Origin: Octopus bimaculoides
Taxonomy: Eukaryota
Assembly: GCF_001194135.2 (NCBI RefSeq)
Contig: NC_068981.1
Span: 101,887,449 to 101,951,448 of the forward strand
DNA length: 64,000 nucleotides
Reading direction: 5' to 3'
The first letter of the stretch is position 1; every line of letters starts with the position of its first letter. Shown here one piece after another: positions 1 through 11,768 of this stretch. The notes under the pieces were generated by a model. The model worked only from the letters and a program-made list of their open reading frames with translations. It made no database searches and was not told where the DNA came from. The position numbers were made by a program, and so were the translations under genes.

Positions 1-920
1 AGTAAAAATGTAGGCAGATTAAATTATCACAGAAACTAAAAGTATATATCAAAATATACAGGATATATTTTTCATATTAGTATGACTTTGAAATGTTGCA
101 TTCAATTAAAATTATATATAATTATGTTAGATTTCTACTTCATCAACACTGAGTATTAATTAAAGTTATGTAATTACCCTGGATTTGTATTTCATCAACA
201 CTTAGTGTTAAATTTTCCATGAAGATATGATATTTAGCAATTACCATAGAAGCAAGATTTATTTTTTATGAAGGACAGTTTACTCACTTTCCAGTCAACA
301 TTATTTTTAAGTCTTTCTTTATATCTCCCTGCCTCTCTCACTCTCCTGTCCCTCTATCCATACCTCCTTTCACACACATATGCAAAATAAATACACATGG
401 ATGTCTGTTGCTTATTAGATGTAAAATGCTAAAAACAAAATGCCTTCTAGAGGTAACAGCTAAGGGGCTTAACACCTGGTTCTAAGACAATAAAATTAGG
501 AAATGATCTTCACTTCCTCACATACCCTTTTAGTAAGATATATTTTTCAGAACAAAGGTGGTAAATATTCCTGAATTGAAGTTGAANNNNNNNNNNNNNN
601 NNNNNNNNNNNNNNNNNNNNNNNNNNNNNNNNNNNNNNNNNNNNNNNNNNNNNNNNNNNNNNNNNNNNNNNNNNNNNNNNNNNNNNNNNNNNNNNNNNNN
701 NNNNNNNNNNNNNNNNNNNNNNNNNNNNNNNNNNNNNNNNNNNNNNNNNNNNNNNNNNNNNNNNNNNNNNNNNNNNNNNNNNNNNNNNNNNNNNNNNNNN
801 NNNNNNNNNNNNNNNNNNNNNNNNNNNNNNNNNNNNNNNNNNNNNNNNNNNNNNNNNNNNNNNNNNNNNNNNNNNNNNNNNNNNNNNNNNNNNNNNNNNN
901 NNNNNNNNNNNNNNNNNNNN

Positions 921-1121
921 GTGTCTGTGTTTGTCCCCCCAACATCGCTTGGCAACCGATGCTGGTGTGTTTAGGTCCCTGTAACTTAGCGGTTCAGCAA
1001 AAGAGAGTGATACAATAAGTACTAAGCTTACAAAGAATAAGTTCTAGGGTCGATATACTCGACAAAAGGCGGTGCTCCAACATGGCCACAGTCAAATGAC
1101 TGAAACGAGTAAAAGAGTAAG
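921..1121 (+). mobile_element. tRNA-derived SINE family A, 3' half (5' part lost in gap)
   Basis: Matches the 3' half of the copies at 41962-42345 and 17766-18015 (tttgtccccccaacatcgcttg...cagtcaaatgactgaaac). Confidence 0.85.
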
Positions 1122-1130
1122 TATATATAC

Positions 1131-1186
<56 letters not shown>

Positions 1187-1244
1187 TGTTAGACTATTTC
1201 ACTTCATGCACACACATACACACACTCACACTTATACATATGTA

Positions 1245-2003
1245 TCCTTTATCTTGTTTCAGTCAATAGAACAGTGCTGGCCAACCTGAGGCCCGCGGGC
1301 CACACACTTTTATCTTGCAGCTCACTTGATACTTTCTTGAAATGAGTGACCTCTTTATTGTGTTTAATTTCAAAATAAAATAGTTTGTGTAAAACATTTG
1401 CTTCAAAATAAATTTTAAATTTATAAGTGGCAATAAAGCAATAGCCTACAATTTTATAATTTTAAACAAACGAAAAATATGAAAAATTCTCGATTCTGTA
1501 ATTTGATTATTTGACTATTAGTGCATAAAGTATAGAAGTGGCCCTCAAAAAACTTTCAGTGATTAAAGTGGCCTGCAATGTAAGTTGAGTTGGCCAGGCC
1601 TGCACTTAGAGTTTGGCCATGTTGGGGACCACCTCGAGGATTTATACTTTTCAGTCTAATGTATTGACCCCAGTACTTTCTTTTTTCAAACTTGGTACTT
1701 ATTCTATTGGTCTCTTTTATTGAACTGCTAAGTTACAAGGGACATAAACACACCAACACTGGTTGTCAAGCAGTGGTGGTGATGGTGGACAAACACACAC
1801 ACACACATACATACATACATACATTCCTACATATACATATATGATGGGCTTCTTTCAGTTTCCATCTATCAAATCCACTCAAGGCTTTTAGCCCAAAGCT
1901 ATAGTAGAAGACACTTGCCCAAAGTGCTACACAGTGGGGCTGAACCTTGAACCATGTAGCTGAAAAGCATGCTTCTTACCACACAGCCATGCCAGCACCT
2001 ATA
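1245..2003 (-). mobile_element. SINE family A, full copy interrupted by a hAT MITE
   Basis: Both halves and the internal CA/TA linker are present. The tRNA-like head (A box tggctgtgtggtaag) is near 1990. The 3' end is split at 1272-1602. Confidence 0.85.
1272..1602. mobile_element. hAT (Charlie-like) MITE
   Basis: Terminal inverted repeats cagtgctggccaac / gttggccaggcctg with subterminal ggcccgcgggcc. Both flanks contain taga (Charlie-type target). The 8-bp TSD is degenerate. Confidence 0.7.
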
Positions 2004-2184
2004 TAAATGAAAAAATAAAAGGAAATAAGAAATATAAGGACAGCATAAAAAACCCAAGGTAAGTTGTGCTTTTTTGCTATATATAAGTCAGGCAAGAGCT
2101 GGCTAGAAGTCATCATTTACTGGAAACATTCTGCAACGCAAGGCACTGAAAAGGAGAAGATTAAATAGAACTATAGAGTGCACT

Positions 2185-2590
2185 GGAGGTGCAATGGCCC
2201 AGTGGTTAGGGCAGCAGACTCGCGGTTGGAGGATTGCGGTTTCAATTCCCAGACCAGGCATTGGCGTGTGCTTATTGAGCGAAAACACCTAAAGCTCTAC
2301 GAGGCTCCGGCAGGAGGTGGTGGCGATCCCTGTTGTACTCTTTCGCCCCAACTTTCTCTCACTCTTTCTTCCTGTTTCTTGAGTAACGCTGCGATGGACT
2401 GGCACCCCGTCCAGCTGGGGTGGGATCACTCTATCTTCCTGTTTCTTGAGTAACGCTGCGATGGACTGGCGCCCCATCCAGCTGGGGGGGGGGGGACACA
2501 CACACACACATACTCCATAGAAACCGAGAAACTAGGCCCATGAGCCTGGTTAGGCTTTAAAAGGGTGCATAAATAAAATAAATAAAAATA
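2185..2590 (+). mobile_element. tRNA(Arg)-like-headed SINE (OR-type), variant with CORE/V-like tail and an internal 67-bp duplication
   Basis: A box tggcccagtggttagg, TCG anticodon-like gactcgcgg, B box ggtttcaattcc. The first ~190 bp match 17178-17370. The tail gcgatggactggc...gcccatgagcct matches 48560-48640. A-rich end. Confidence 0.8.
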
Positions 2591-2953
2591 GAGTGCACTA
2601 CATAGAGACACCTTTCCAGACTTGCCTGATAATTCAAAGAGCTGAGAAGTGGGCTTCCTGTGAATATGACTCTCTCTCTCTAAAACAGGATTATCTAATC
2701 ACAGAAAGTTGCATACATATTTTCAGAAATAATCTATGATGCAGGCATTGCAGATTGGTTAAGAAGCTTGCTTTGCAAACCACAGGGTTTGGGGATCAAT
2801 CCCACTGCATGGCACCTTAAGCAAATGTTTTCTACTATTGCCTTAGGTCAACCAATGGCATGTGAGGGAATTTAGTAGACAGAAACTGTAGAAGCCTGTC
2901 ATGTATGTGTGTGTATATATATATATGGCATGTGTGTTTTTATTCTCACAGTA

Positions 2954-3072
2954 AAGGTGTATGGCATAGTGGTGAGGGCAATTGGCTCACAGTCCTATGG
3001 TCATGGGTTTGATTTCTGGCAATGCATTGTGTCCTTGAGCAAGACACTTTATTCCACATAGCTCCATTCCAC
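2954..3072 (+). mobile_element. SINE family D head fragment
   Basis: tRNA-like head followed by tgtgtccttgagcaagacactt, shared with 48422-48660 and 28935-29268. Confidence 0.6.
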
Positions 3073-3074
3073 TC

Positions 3075-3450
3075 ATCATCATCATCGTTTAACATCCGCT
3101 TTCCATGCTAGCATGGGTTGGACGATTTGACTGAGGACTGGTGAAACCAGATGGCAATATCAGGCTCCAATCTGATTTGGCAGAGTTTCTACAGCTGGAT
3201 GCCCTTCCTAATGCCAACCACTCCGAGAGTGTAGTGGGTACTTTTACGTGCCACCGGCACGAAGGCCAGTCAGGCGGTACTGGCAACGGTCACACTCAAA
3301 ATGGTGTATTTTATGTGCCACCCGCACAAGAGCCAGTCCAGGGGCACTGGCAACGATCTCGCTCGAAAGTCCTTACACATTCCACGGGCACAAATGCCAG
3401 AAAGGCGACTCTGGGCACAGGTGCCATCACATGCTCAACTGGCAAAAATG
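3075..3450 (-). mobile_element. RTE-associated non-autonomous repeat (family C) with (GAT)n tail
   Basis: Reverse complement of 18802-18962 and 41528-41658. The (cat)n tail is at 3075-3087. Confidence 0.8.
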
Positions 3451-3464
3451 AGTTGTACCAGTAT

Positions 3465-3640
3465 TTCAAAGGGACAGCCTTATCACATTTTGTGTCACGC
3501 TGAATCTTCCTGAGAACTATGTTAAGGGTACATGTGTCTATGGAGTGCTCAACTACTTCCACATTAATTTCATGAGTAGGCTGTTCCATTGATCAAATTA
3601 ACTGGAACGCTCATTGACACAACTGATGGAATGCCAGTTT
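3465..3640 (+). mobile_element. 3' part of OR-type SINE (family B)
   Basis: Diverged match to 17385-17555 (gtcacgctgaat...gttaagggtaca...ttaatttcatgagtaggctgttcc). Confidence 0.75.
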
Positions 3641-4107
3641 ACTTTTCGTCCTCTCACTGCTTGATAACCAGTGTTAACTTGTTTATGTCTCTATAACTTA
3701 GAGGTTCAGTAAAAGGAACTGATAGAATAAGTGCCAGCCTTTTAAAATATAGGTATTGGATCGATTTTTGTTCTGACTCAAACAAGTAAAAGAAGAGATA
3801 CCAAATTTTTACCTCCATCTTCAGTGTAGAAAGCCATAGCAAGACTGTGAAAGTAATTTCACAGGAAAGTCATCCCACAAGTTTGCTTGACTGTTCTTGT
3901 GGAGATTCTAGCATTTTTTCTGTCATATTTGCTTAAGATCTTGTAAATTATCAACAGGTGTTAAGTTTTACCTCAGAATTTATGGTTAAATGACATGGAG
4001 CAGTTTCAACATTGAATAATCAGAAAGCTATCATTTGACCAGATGATGATGCAAACATCATTTATATATGTATGTATGTATATATGTATGGATAGATGGA
4101 TGGATGT

Positions 4108-4665
4108 ATGTCCTGAGGACAGCTGATATCTTGAGTATTGAGGCAATGGTGCACAAGCACCGGTTACGTTGGATTGGACACTTTATTAGAATGAAGGATA
4201 GCAGGATTCCTAAGCAGATGCTCTATGGAGAACTTGTGAATGGAAGGAAACTCCGACAGAAACCAAGGCTGCGTTTTAAGGACTGTGTCAAGTCCTCATT
4301 AAAGGCCTGTGATATGCAGGACACTGACTGGGAGAACAATGCCTGTCATCACCACAGATGGAGGAAGCAGGTTAAGGAGGGGATCGACACTTTTGAGAGA
4401 GCACGTATCCAGCATGAAGAACTTAAGCGAGCTGCGCGAAAGCACACAGCTCGTATAGTGAATGGGTAAAGCTTGGTCTGCAATGTTTGCAGTCGTGTAT
4501 GCTTGTCAAGTGCAGGACTCATTAGCTACCAACGGAGCCGCAAATGCAAAATATAAGTTAGTCCTAGAGCGTACAATGTTCTTGAAGGTTGGCAATGGTC
4601 TTCCTCGGTCACGAGTGGACGGCCATCATGTATGCATGCATGCTCTTCTCTTTCTTCAATTTTAG
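4108..4665 (+). mobile_element. RTE-clade LINE, 3' fragment (post-RT C-terminus)
   Basis: Translates to HRLRWIGHFIRMKDSRIPKQMLYGELVNGRKLRQKPRLRFKDCVKSSLKAC...WRKQVKEGIDTFE and then a C-x2-C zinc-knuckle remnant, typical of the RTE ORF C-terminus. Confidence 0.9.
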
Positions 4666-4685
4666 AGTAAATTTTGAGGAGCCAC

Positions 4686-4855
4686 CTACTTGGTAGCAAG
4701 GTTGGGAAGGAAAGTATCTTCTTTTAACCATCATCCTTTAAATCTTGCAAATTTTTATAGTCCCAGATATTGCGATCATTTGTAACACATGAATGAAGGA
4801 TTTGCATTCTCTCCTCAAGACCCACAGTTCAGCCATACTTTGCTACAGATGAGTT
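4686..4855. repeat. Unclassified dispersed repeat, second copy at 7487-7660
   Basis: Shared blocks tagcaaggttg...catcatcctttaaatctt...gcattctctcctcaaga...gttcag.catacttt. Confidence 0.6.
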
Positions 4856-5408
4856 AGTATGTATCCTGTTTCTCTAATGATAATAAGTATGAAGCTGAAA
4901 GTGCATCTTGGGTACTGGATTTGCAAACTCCTTATCCATAAATGTCCTCTTGTGTATTCCTAATAATATTCGTATCGAGAAGGCAGATATTTCTTTGAGA
5001 TTTACTTTAAGTTTTCACCTTCGTAGATTCAAGTCTGGTCATTAACAAAGTGGCAAGGCTCGTTTGCTTAAGTTAAGGCTTCTCTTGTGGCTTGTAGTTA
5101 CATTAATCGGTTGCTATATGCATATGTGTGTGTGTTGTGTGCGTGTAAATAAATTCACCCTCATGGGTGTACATGTCACAACAGAACACAATTGTGTATG
5201 CTTCATAATGTATATGTGTAGGTGTGTATTTATGCATGTATGCCTTCATTCTTTTTATATTTATAAGTATTCTTCTTCCTAAGGGAATAACTGGTTTCTC
5301 ACAAAGAAACAATTTGGATGACAACAATAACAATTGTTATATATTATATATTGAATCTAATAAAAGTTTTGCATATTTTTATAGAAGCATATATGTGTGT
5401 ATGTGAGG

Positions 5409-5448
<40 letters not shown>

Positions 5449-5949
5449 NNNNNNNNNNNNNNNNNNNNNNNNNNNNNNNNNNNNNNNNNNNNNNNNNNNN
5501 NNNNNNNNNNNNNNNNNNNNNNNNNNNNNNNNNNNNNNNNNNNNNNNNNNNNNNNNNNNNNNNNNNNNNNNNNNNNNNNNNNNNNNNNNNNNNNNNNNNN
5601 NNNNNNNNNNNNNNNNNNNNNNNNNNNNNNNNNNNNNNNNNNNNNNNNNNNNNNNNNTGTATAATTGTATAGAAATATGTGGGTGGCACAAGTGTATGTA
5701 AATGTTTATACATAATGTATACAAAGATACTTGCATATACATATACACAAACATTTGCCTATACATATTTACATAGCTACACACATCACTATTCTCTACC
5801 ACATCAATATTAAGCTCAGAGTGTCACAGCTGGGCCAGGCTCTCTTCTTTGAAGTTCCCGAAAGGCTTGTAATCCATAAATCCAATAATGTTTTGGCCCA
5901 TTCCATACATAAATTGCTTTCTAATGCATGAAAGAAATATTGTTTTATA

Positions 5950-5953
5950 CATA

Positions 5954-5984
<31 letters not shown>

Positions 5985-6225
5985 GTGCGTGCACATACAC
6001 ACTCATACATGCTCATATATATACACACACACACACACACTCATACATGCTCATATATATATACACACACACACACTCATACATGCTCATATATATACAC
6101 ATACACACTCATACATTCTCATATATATACACACACACACTCATACATGCTCATATATATACACACACACACACATTCTCATATATATACACACACACAC
6201 ACACTCATATACATGTACAGCTATC
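5950..6225. repeat. (TG)n followed by a compound minisatellite, unit about cacacactcatacatgctcatatatata, ~7 copies
   Basis: Repeated ctcatacat(g/t)ctcatatatatacacac units with variable CA/TA lengths. Confidence 0.9.
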
Positions 6226-7102
6226 CAATCACACATTCATATACACAAAGAAATACACATCTAAATAATGATTCAATATTTATTGCCTAAACTAGTTATT
6301 GTTAATTAAGTGTTGGCTATATGATATTTTAAAAGCTTATGTAACAAACACACAACCACTCAACAGTAAATCTATTTGTATCTCATGTTGATTCATTATT
6401 TTATCTATCACTCAAGTACCCAAGCCGTCAATAATGATGGAGTTATTGTTAAAGAAGTTACCAATGAAAGTTGACAGTTAGAGAATGGGAAAGTAAATAA
6501 AAATGCCAAAATATCAGGAAAATAAGAAAATTATATTTATCACTCCCAAAATACTATACAGATGATTCACTGTAGAAGTTCAAGAAGAACAATATTTCTT
6601 GTCTAGACATGAAGAGGCACAAACACATCTTGACCTCCTGAATTTTTCAATCTGCTCCTAACCCTAACCCAAACTAGGTCATTTCACAGTGACAACCACA
6701 GATACTGCAGTAGACCACATGCTAAAGTAAGATCGAAATTTCTTGCAACTGTGATGCTGGACAAATCATTTGAATTTATGAAGATTGAAACATTATGAGA
6801 CAATGAAGATTGCAGAATGAACTTAAAAAAAAAAAGAATAGACAAAACAACTCCAGCAAGAAGTGGAGACCTTGTTTGTAGAGCAAATAGCCAAAATATA
6901 TAAACATCAAAACGCTGTTGGTTAATTTAGAACTGTTCCATTCCACACTGAGACAAATACAAAAACTAAACAGAATGACTCCAACCAGTGTTAAATAATT
7001 TATAAAGTAAATCTTGTCATGTGGAAGAAATTCATCAGCTTCAAGCACTGAAATGTTACTCACAAAAACAAAAGTATATATACAAAGACTCATAGTGTAT
7101 CA

Positions 7103-7149
<47 letters not shown>

Positions 7150-8277
7150 AAAAATTGCTGTCTTATATTTACATATATGGTTCCAGTCCATGCTTGGTCT
7201 CTATGACTGATTTTGTTCTTCCATGATATTTAATGTATTGGGGTGTGTGATGGTGCTGCCCTTCCTATGTGTGCCCATTGCTGTTGTGATTTGTTGCATT
7301 TTGGATTTTACACAGTAGGATTTCCAAGTATTAAATCCTTTATATTTAAAGTGAAGATACCGAAGAGCTGCGGTGTGCTGAACTCCAAATTAGATTAGTA
7401 TCTTGTGTCCTAACTCAGACCAAGAGTCACATACATATGTATTCTGTTTCTTTTTAATTTACAGTTAATTCTGACTGGTTATCTGCTTAGTAGCAAGGTT
7501 GTGAAAGAAAACATCTTGTTTTGTTCATCATCCTTTAAATCTTAAAAAGGTCCTTCAGACATTTATTGCTCCAGATACTTGTAGTCATTTGTAGTGTGTG
7601 AATTAAGGAGTTGCATTCTCTCCTCAAGAACCCAAGTTCAGTCATACTTTGGTCCAGATGGTTTGTCTGTCTGTCTGTATGTATGTATGTATCTATATAC
7701 GTATGCACAAATGGATGATTAATAAACAAATGAATGAAGAAATGATTGAATAAATCAATCAATGAAAATAGCAACACAGAAGATAAGTGAAAGAAAAATG
7801 TAATTATTAGTTTTTATGCTTAACAAAATGTAAAAAAAGCAAAAATGCCTTTGGTGTTTTGAGCTTTGGATTTTTTTGTTTTAGAAATTTAGACAGAGAG
7901 AAGAAAGAAGAAATGTAAAGGAAGAAAAAAACTGAGAGTAACAACAAAAAAAAAAAGTGAAGTGTGTTGCTGTGTGTCATGTTGTGTTGAATCATCTCCA
8001 CCCCAATGACAAACAAACTAGCTGCATTATGACATCTTAAAAAACAATAATTTTTCTACTGTTGCCAAACAAACTGATGCTGGATGCAGCTTGACAAGTG
8101 AAAGTGGCATGTTGTACTCAAGGACTGTCTTGTAAAAATTTATTAGCATGAAATTACAGTAAATTTGTTGAAGGTCTACATAATAGCTTATGGTACATTG
8201 AAAGGTAATGGCAGAGGGAAGTTCACAGTATCTCAATACATCTCCTTCCCCAGCATGCATAACCTACACAAGATTTA

Positions 8278-8560
8278 CACTGAACCGCAAAAGAAACATG
8301 GTTTTTATCAAATGTCATTTTTATATGGTAAATTCTGAAAATGTATTTTGGGAATGTAAGTGTAAATATTCCAAGACATGCTGGCTTATGGCTGAGACCC
8401 AAATTGCAGATAACCTTTCGAATTTCCTGGTACTGCGTTTCCACTTTGGATGGCAGAGTGAGGGTGTGGCGTAGGAGGGGTGAATGCTAGAGATGCATGT
8501 GTCATGGAGAGAGACACGTGGGGTGGCCAAAGCATCATGGTTTTGGGTGCTATAGACCTA
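8278..8560 (+). mobile_element. Tc1-family transposon remnant (5' end plus transposase fragment)
   Basis: ta|cactgaaccgcaaaagaaac terminus. Positions 8415-8560 translate (frameshifted) to ...VSTLDGRVRVWRR...ACVMERDTWGGQSIMV.GAI, the Tc1 region after the first catalytic D. Confidence 0.6.
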
Positions 8561-10599
8561 AATTAGAGAAATGGGTTCCATGTGTTCCAAAATATTGGCG
8601 CAGGCAGAGGGAATGGCATCACAGCACAGTGCTATGTTGACCAGATCCCAAGACCTCACATCTGCTTAACATTTTGCCCAGCATGCTAACGATTCTGCTA
8701 GCTTATGGAAGTGTATAATAATAGTTGCAAAAGAATGATGTAAGAAGAGGCAGATGTTAAATCACTTTAAAAAATGTGGCATTAGTAATGCTCTTTATGG
8801 TACTTAGGAAGATTAAGTATTTAAAGAAAGTTTTTGATAGTACAGAGAATTCCAATAATAGAAAGACTAATACAGATTCCAGCAGTAAGAAAAGAAAGTT
8901 CAATCTTCAAGGTTGCCAGTTTACCTATTTCTGAAGATGATGATTTGTTAAGTTTTTGCAGATGATTAAATAAACCTTTATGATGTTTAACTTCTTTTCT
9001 TTTATACACAGTGTACTTTGCTGCTTGCTGTGTAGCCTATGCTGTTCACTTAAATATCAGTTTCTATTAAAATGTAATCAATTTTTTTCCTGTCGCTTGC
9101 TGTGTGCTAATATTAATAAAATATTTGCTTGCTTTGTTTGCATGTACTATAATGTATAGAAATTCATTCTCTTTTATTGAACTTTGTTGTTTGCTTTGTA
9201 TAATTTTTTTTTGCCGATATATTTGCTTTGTCTGCATGTAACACTATTCATTGATACCAATGTATAGTACTTCTTTTCATCTATACTAAATTTAATTTAT
9301 TTTCCTTTCAAGGTCAGTATAATGTTACAATATGTGATTCTGTCCTTGATTTCTGTATTTATTACATTTACATGCAAAAAGAAAAAAAAAGATCATTAAA
9401 AAAAGTTAGCTTCACTAAATATGATGAAACACACTAAATTTTCTTTCTTTTTTCCTACAAGATATCCTTGTAAAGTTAGGGATGGATCTTTGTAGAGTCA
9501 TGTCTTATATGCTGGCAGATACAATACATGTATATACTATTGTCAAGATTAACTACTTTTATAGACCTGGAAGTTTCTTGCCACACACACACATATTTAT
9601 ACATCTCATACATATTGAATGGAATTTCATACTTTCCATCTACTAAATTCTACTTACAAGTTACTGTCTATAGTAGAAGACACTTGTTCAGTGTGCTGTA
9701 CTGTGGGGTCAAACACAGTATCACATGGTTGCAGAGCAAACTTTTTAACCACATGACCGTACATGCATTAATGACTACAATGTATGTTTTTGCAAAATTA
9801 ATGTCTCAACATTTAAAATTAAAAACACACATCAGAAACAGACACACTTGATTGAATCAAGGATTACTCAATCATCACTCGAATACTTAATAAAGTTTTC
9901 TATCATAATATATTTATGTTTGTGTGTGTGTGTGTGTGTGTGTGTACTTGTCTGACAGTGTCTGTCAAGCTCTTTAAGTCTTGAATTTGAAGCAAAGTCT
10001 GCAATCTGTCAATATTCTTCTTCAAGTGAATGTACTCAATGAAGTAGCTATGGGCAATGAGATTCCTTATAATTATTAGCTGACGTGACCAAACAGTAGT
10101 TGGTCTGATGGTGTCACTACTAACAGTCTGGTCTATTCAGAAGAAATTCTTTAATCCTTTTGATACTAAACTGTTTGAGTTCACCTTTCTGTCTATGATA
10201 CAAAACCACCTGTTTATACGTGTTTATATTTAAATTGAAACCATCTATCATAACTTTATGTAATAACATTTTGCAAGATTCGGACATCAACTTTACAATG
10301 GAAACAAAAGAAAAGAAAAAACCCTCAAAAATCTCATTTTCAATTTTGAATTTAGCAAAAAATATATCAAGGGTACATATATACAAACATCAACTATTTT
10401 GAAAAATAAAGAAAAGTGAAACATAGATAATTGATAACTGGTAAGACACAGGTAGGATGTTTCATTATAAATACAATCATGAAGGGGACAGGGTTAGACA
10501 TCTTCGTTTCTCAAGCAAAGTTGTTACATTGTGCTTTATATTTATCTAAAAATGAGTGAAAGGGTACAAAGTTGAAATGATTTATTTCTAATACTTTAC

Positions 10600-10705
10600 C
10601 AACTGGAATACACTATACAGATTTTCCTGAAGTAAAAATGCTAAGGCAGAACCATTCTTTTATAGAGATGTACTCACCTGTAAATAGAAGAAATGAAAAA
10701 TTTAG
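10600..10705 (-). other. Candidate recursive splice site / cryptic exon (polypyrimidine-CAG|GTGAGT)
   Basis: The minus strand reads ctaaatttttcatttcttctatttacag|gtgagtac. A second donor G|gtaaag lies 78 nt downstream. All three frames of the 78-nt segment contain stops. Confidence 0.4.
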
Positions 10706-10812
10706 AATTATTGAACGACATATATTAAAAATAATACAGACATGAAAAATATTAGGCTTCAACAAATGTTCCTTTTAGAATCAGAGCTGAGGTATATAAA
10801 CCAAATAGCTAA

Positions 10813-11012
10813 TAGAAAATCATTGTATTACAGAAGGTGATAGTAATGCAGATAGATAAATATATAAAATAACAATAAGAAAAATACTGAAATGATACCT
10901 TAGAAATAATTAAATATTTATAAGGTATCATTTCAAATTTGTTTCTGCTTATTTTGATATTTAATATTTGATCTGTTTTGCTATCACCTTCTACAGTAAA
11001 TGGATTTTTCTA
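10813..11012. repeat. AT-rich imperfect fold-back
   Basis: Perfect 15-bp inner stem tgaaatgatacctta (10888-10902) / taaggtatcatttca (10921-10935) and outer match agaaggtgatag / ctatcaccttct. Confidence 0.75.
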
Positions 11013-11371
11013 CATATTCTGCAATGTTTTAATTCTTTTCTCCTATACTGTAGATATTTACATCTGTTGCAAATACTAAGAAACTTGAAAATACACTTAA
11101 AATAGTGTTGTTGTTTAGGGGTAACTAAAACTAAACACCCTTCTGTATCAGAAACAAAGTTTAACCTAATTCTAGAATGAAGTTCCTATCAAAATACTTC
11201 CTGTTTGCACCATGTTTTATTTTTTTGTGTTTTATCATGTTTTCATTTCATCATTTTTCAAATGTACATTTTAATCATTTGCCAAGTTTTGCATTTCATC
11301 ACTGTCTTTTTTTTTATATTTTAAAGTTTAATGGCTGAGAGTTAGAATATCATAATATTTATTAATAATAT

Positions 11372-11551
11372 ATCTTTTATCTTTATTTGCTTCACTCATT
11401 TGACTGCGGCCATGCTGGGGCACTGCCTTGAATAATTTTTTAGTCAAACGAATCAACCTCAGTACTTATTTTTTGCTTTTGAGCCTGGTACTTATTCTAT
11501 TGGTCTCTTTTGCTGAACCGCTATGTTATGGGGACATAAACACAGACACAA

Positions 11552-11596
<45 letters not shown>

Positions 11597-11768
11597 CATA
11601 TATTCACATATATGATAGGCATCTTTCAGTTTCTGTCTACCAAATCCACTCACAAGGCTTTGGTTATAATAGAAGACACTTGCCTAAAGGTGCCACACAG
11701 TGGGACTGAACCTGCAACCATGTGATTAGGAAGCAAGCTTCTTAACACACAGGTATGCCTGTGCCTAT
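11372..11768 (-). mobile_element. SINE family A, full copy
   Basis: Colinear with 41962-42345, including the internal (CA)n(TA)n linker. Confidence 0.9.

Noticed and set aside
3128-3150. ctgagga-ctggt-gaaa in family C looks like an HHR core
   Set aside because: There is no room for stem II, and the gaaa is the loop of a ctgg/ccag hairpin.
6657-6672. ctaaccctaaccc telomere-like motif
   Set aside because: Only two units, expected by chance.
6776-7093. 105-aa hydrophobic minus-strand ORF
   Set aside because: The hydrophobicity reflects T-rich composition. No motif or convincing donor site.
9285-9320. Plus-strand pyrimidine tract with aag|gtcagt as a second recursive site
   Set aside because: AAG is a poor acceptor, the donor is non-consensus, and it is on the opposite strand from the better candidate.
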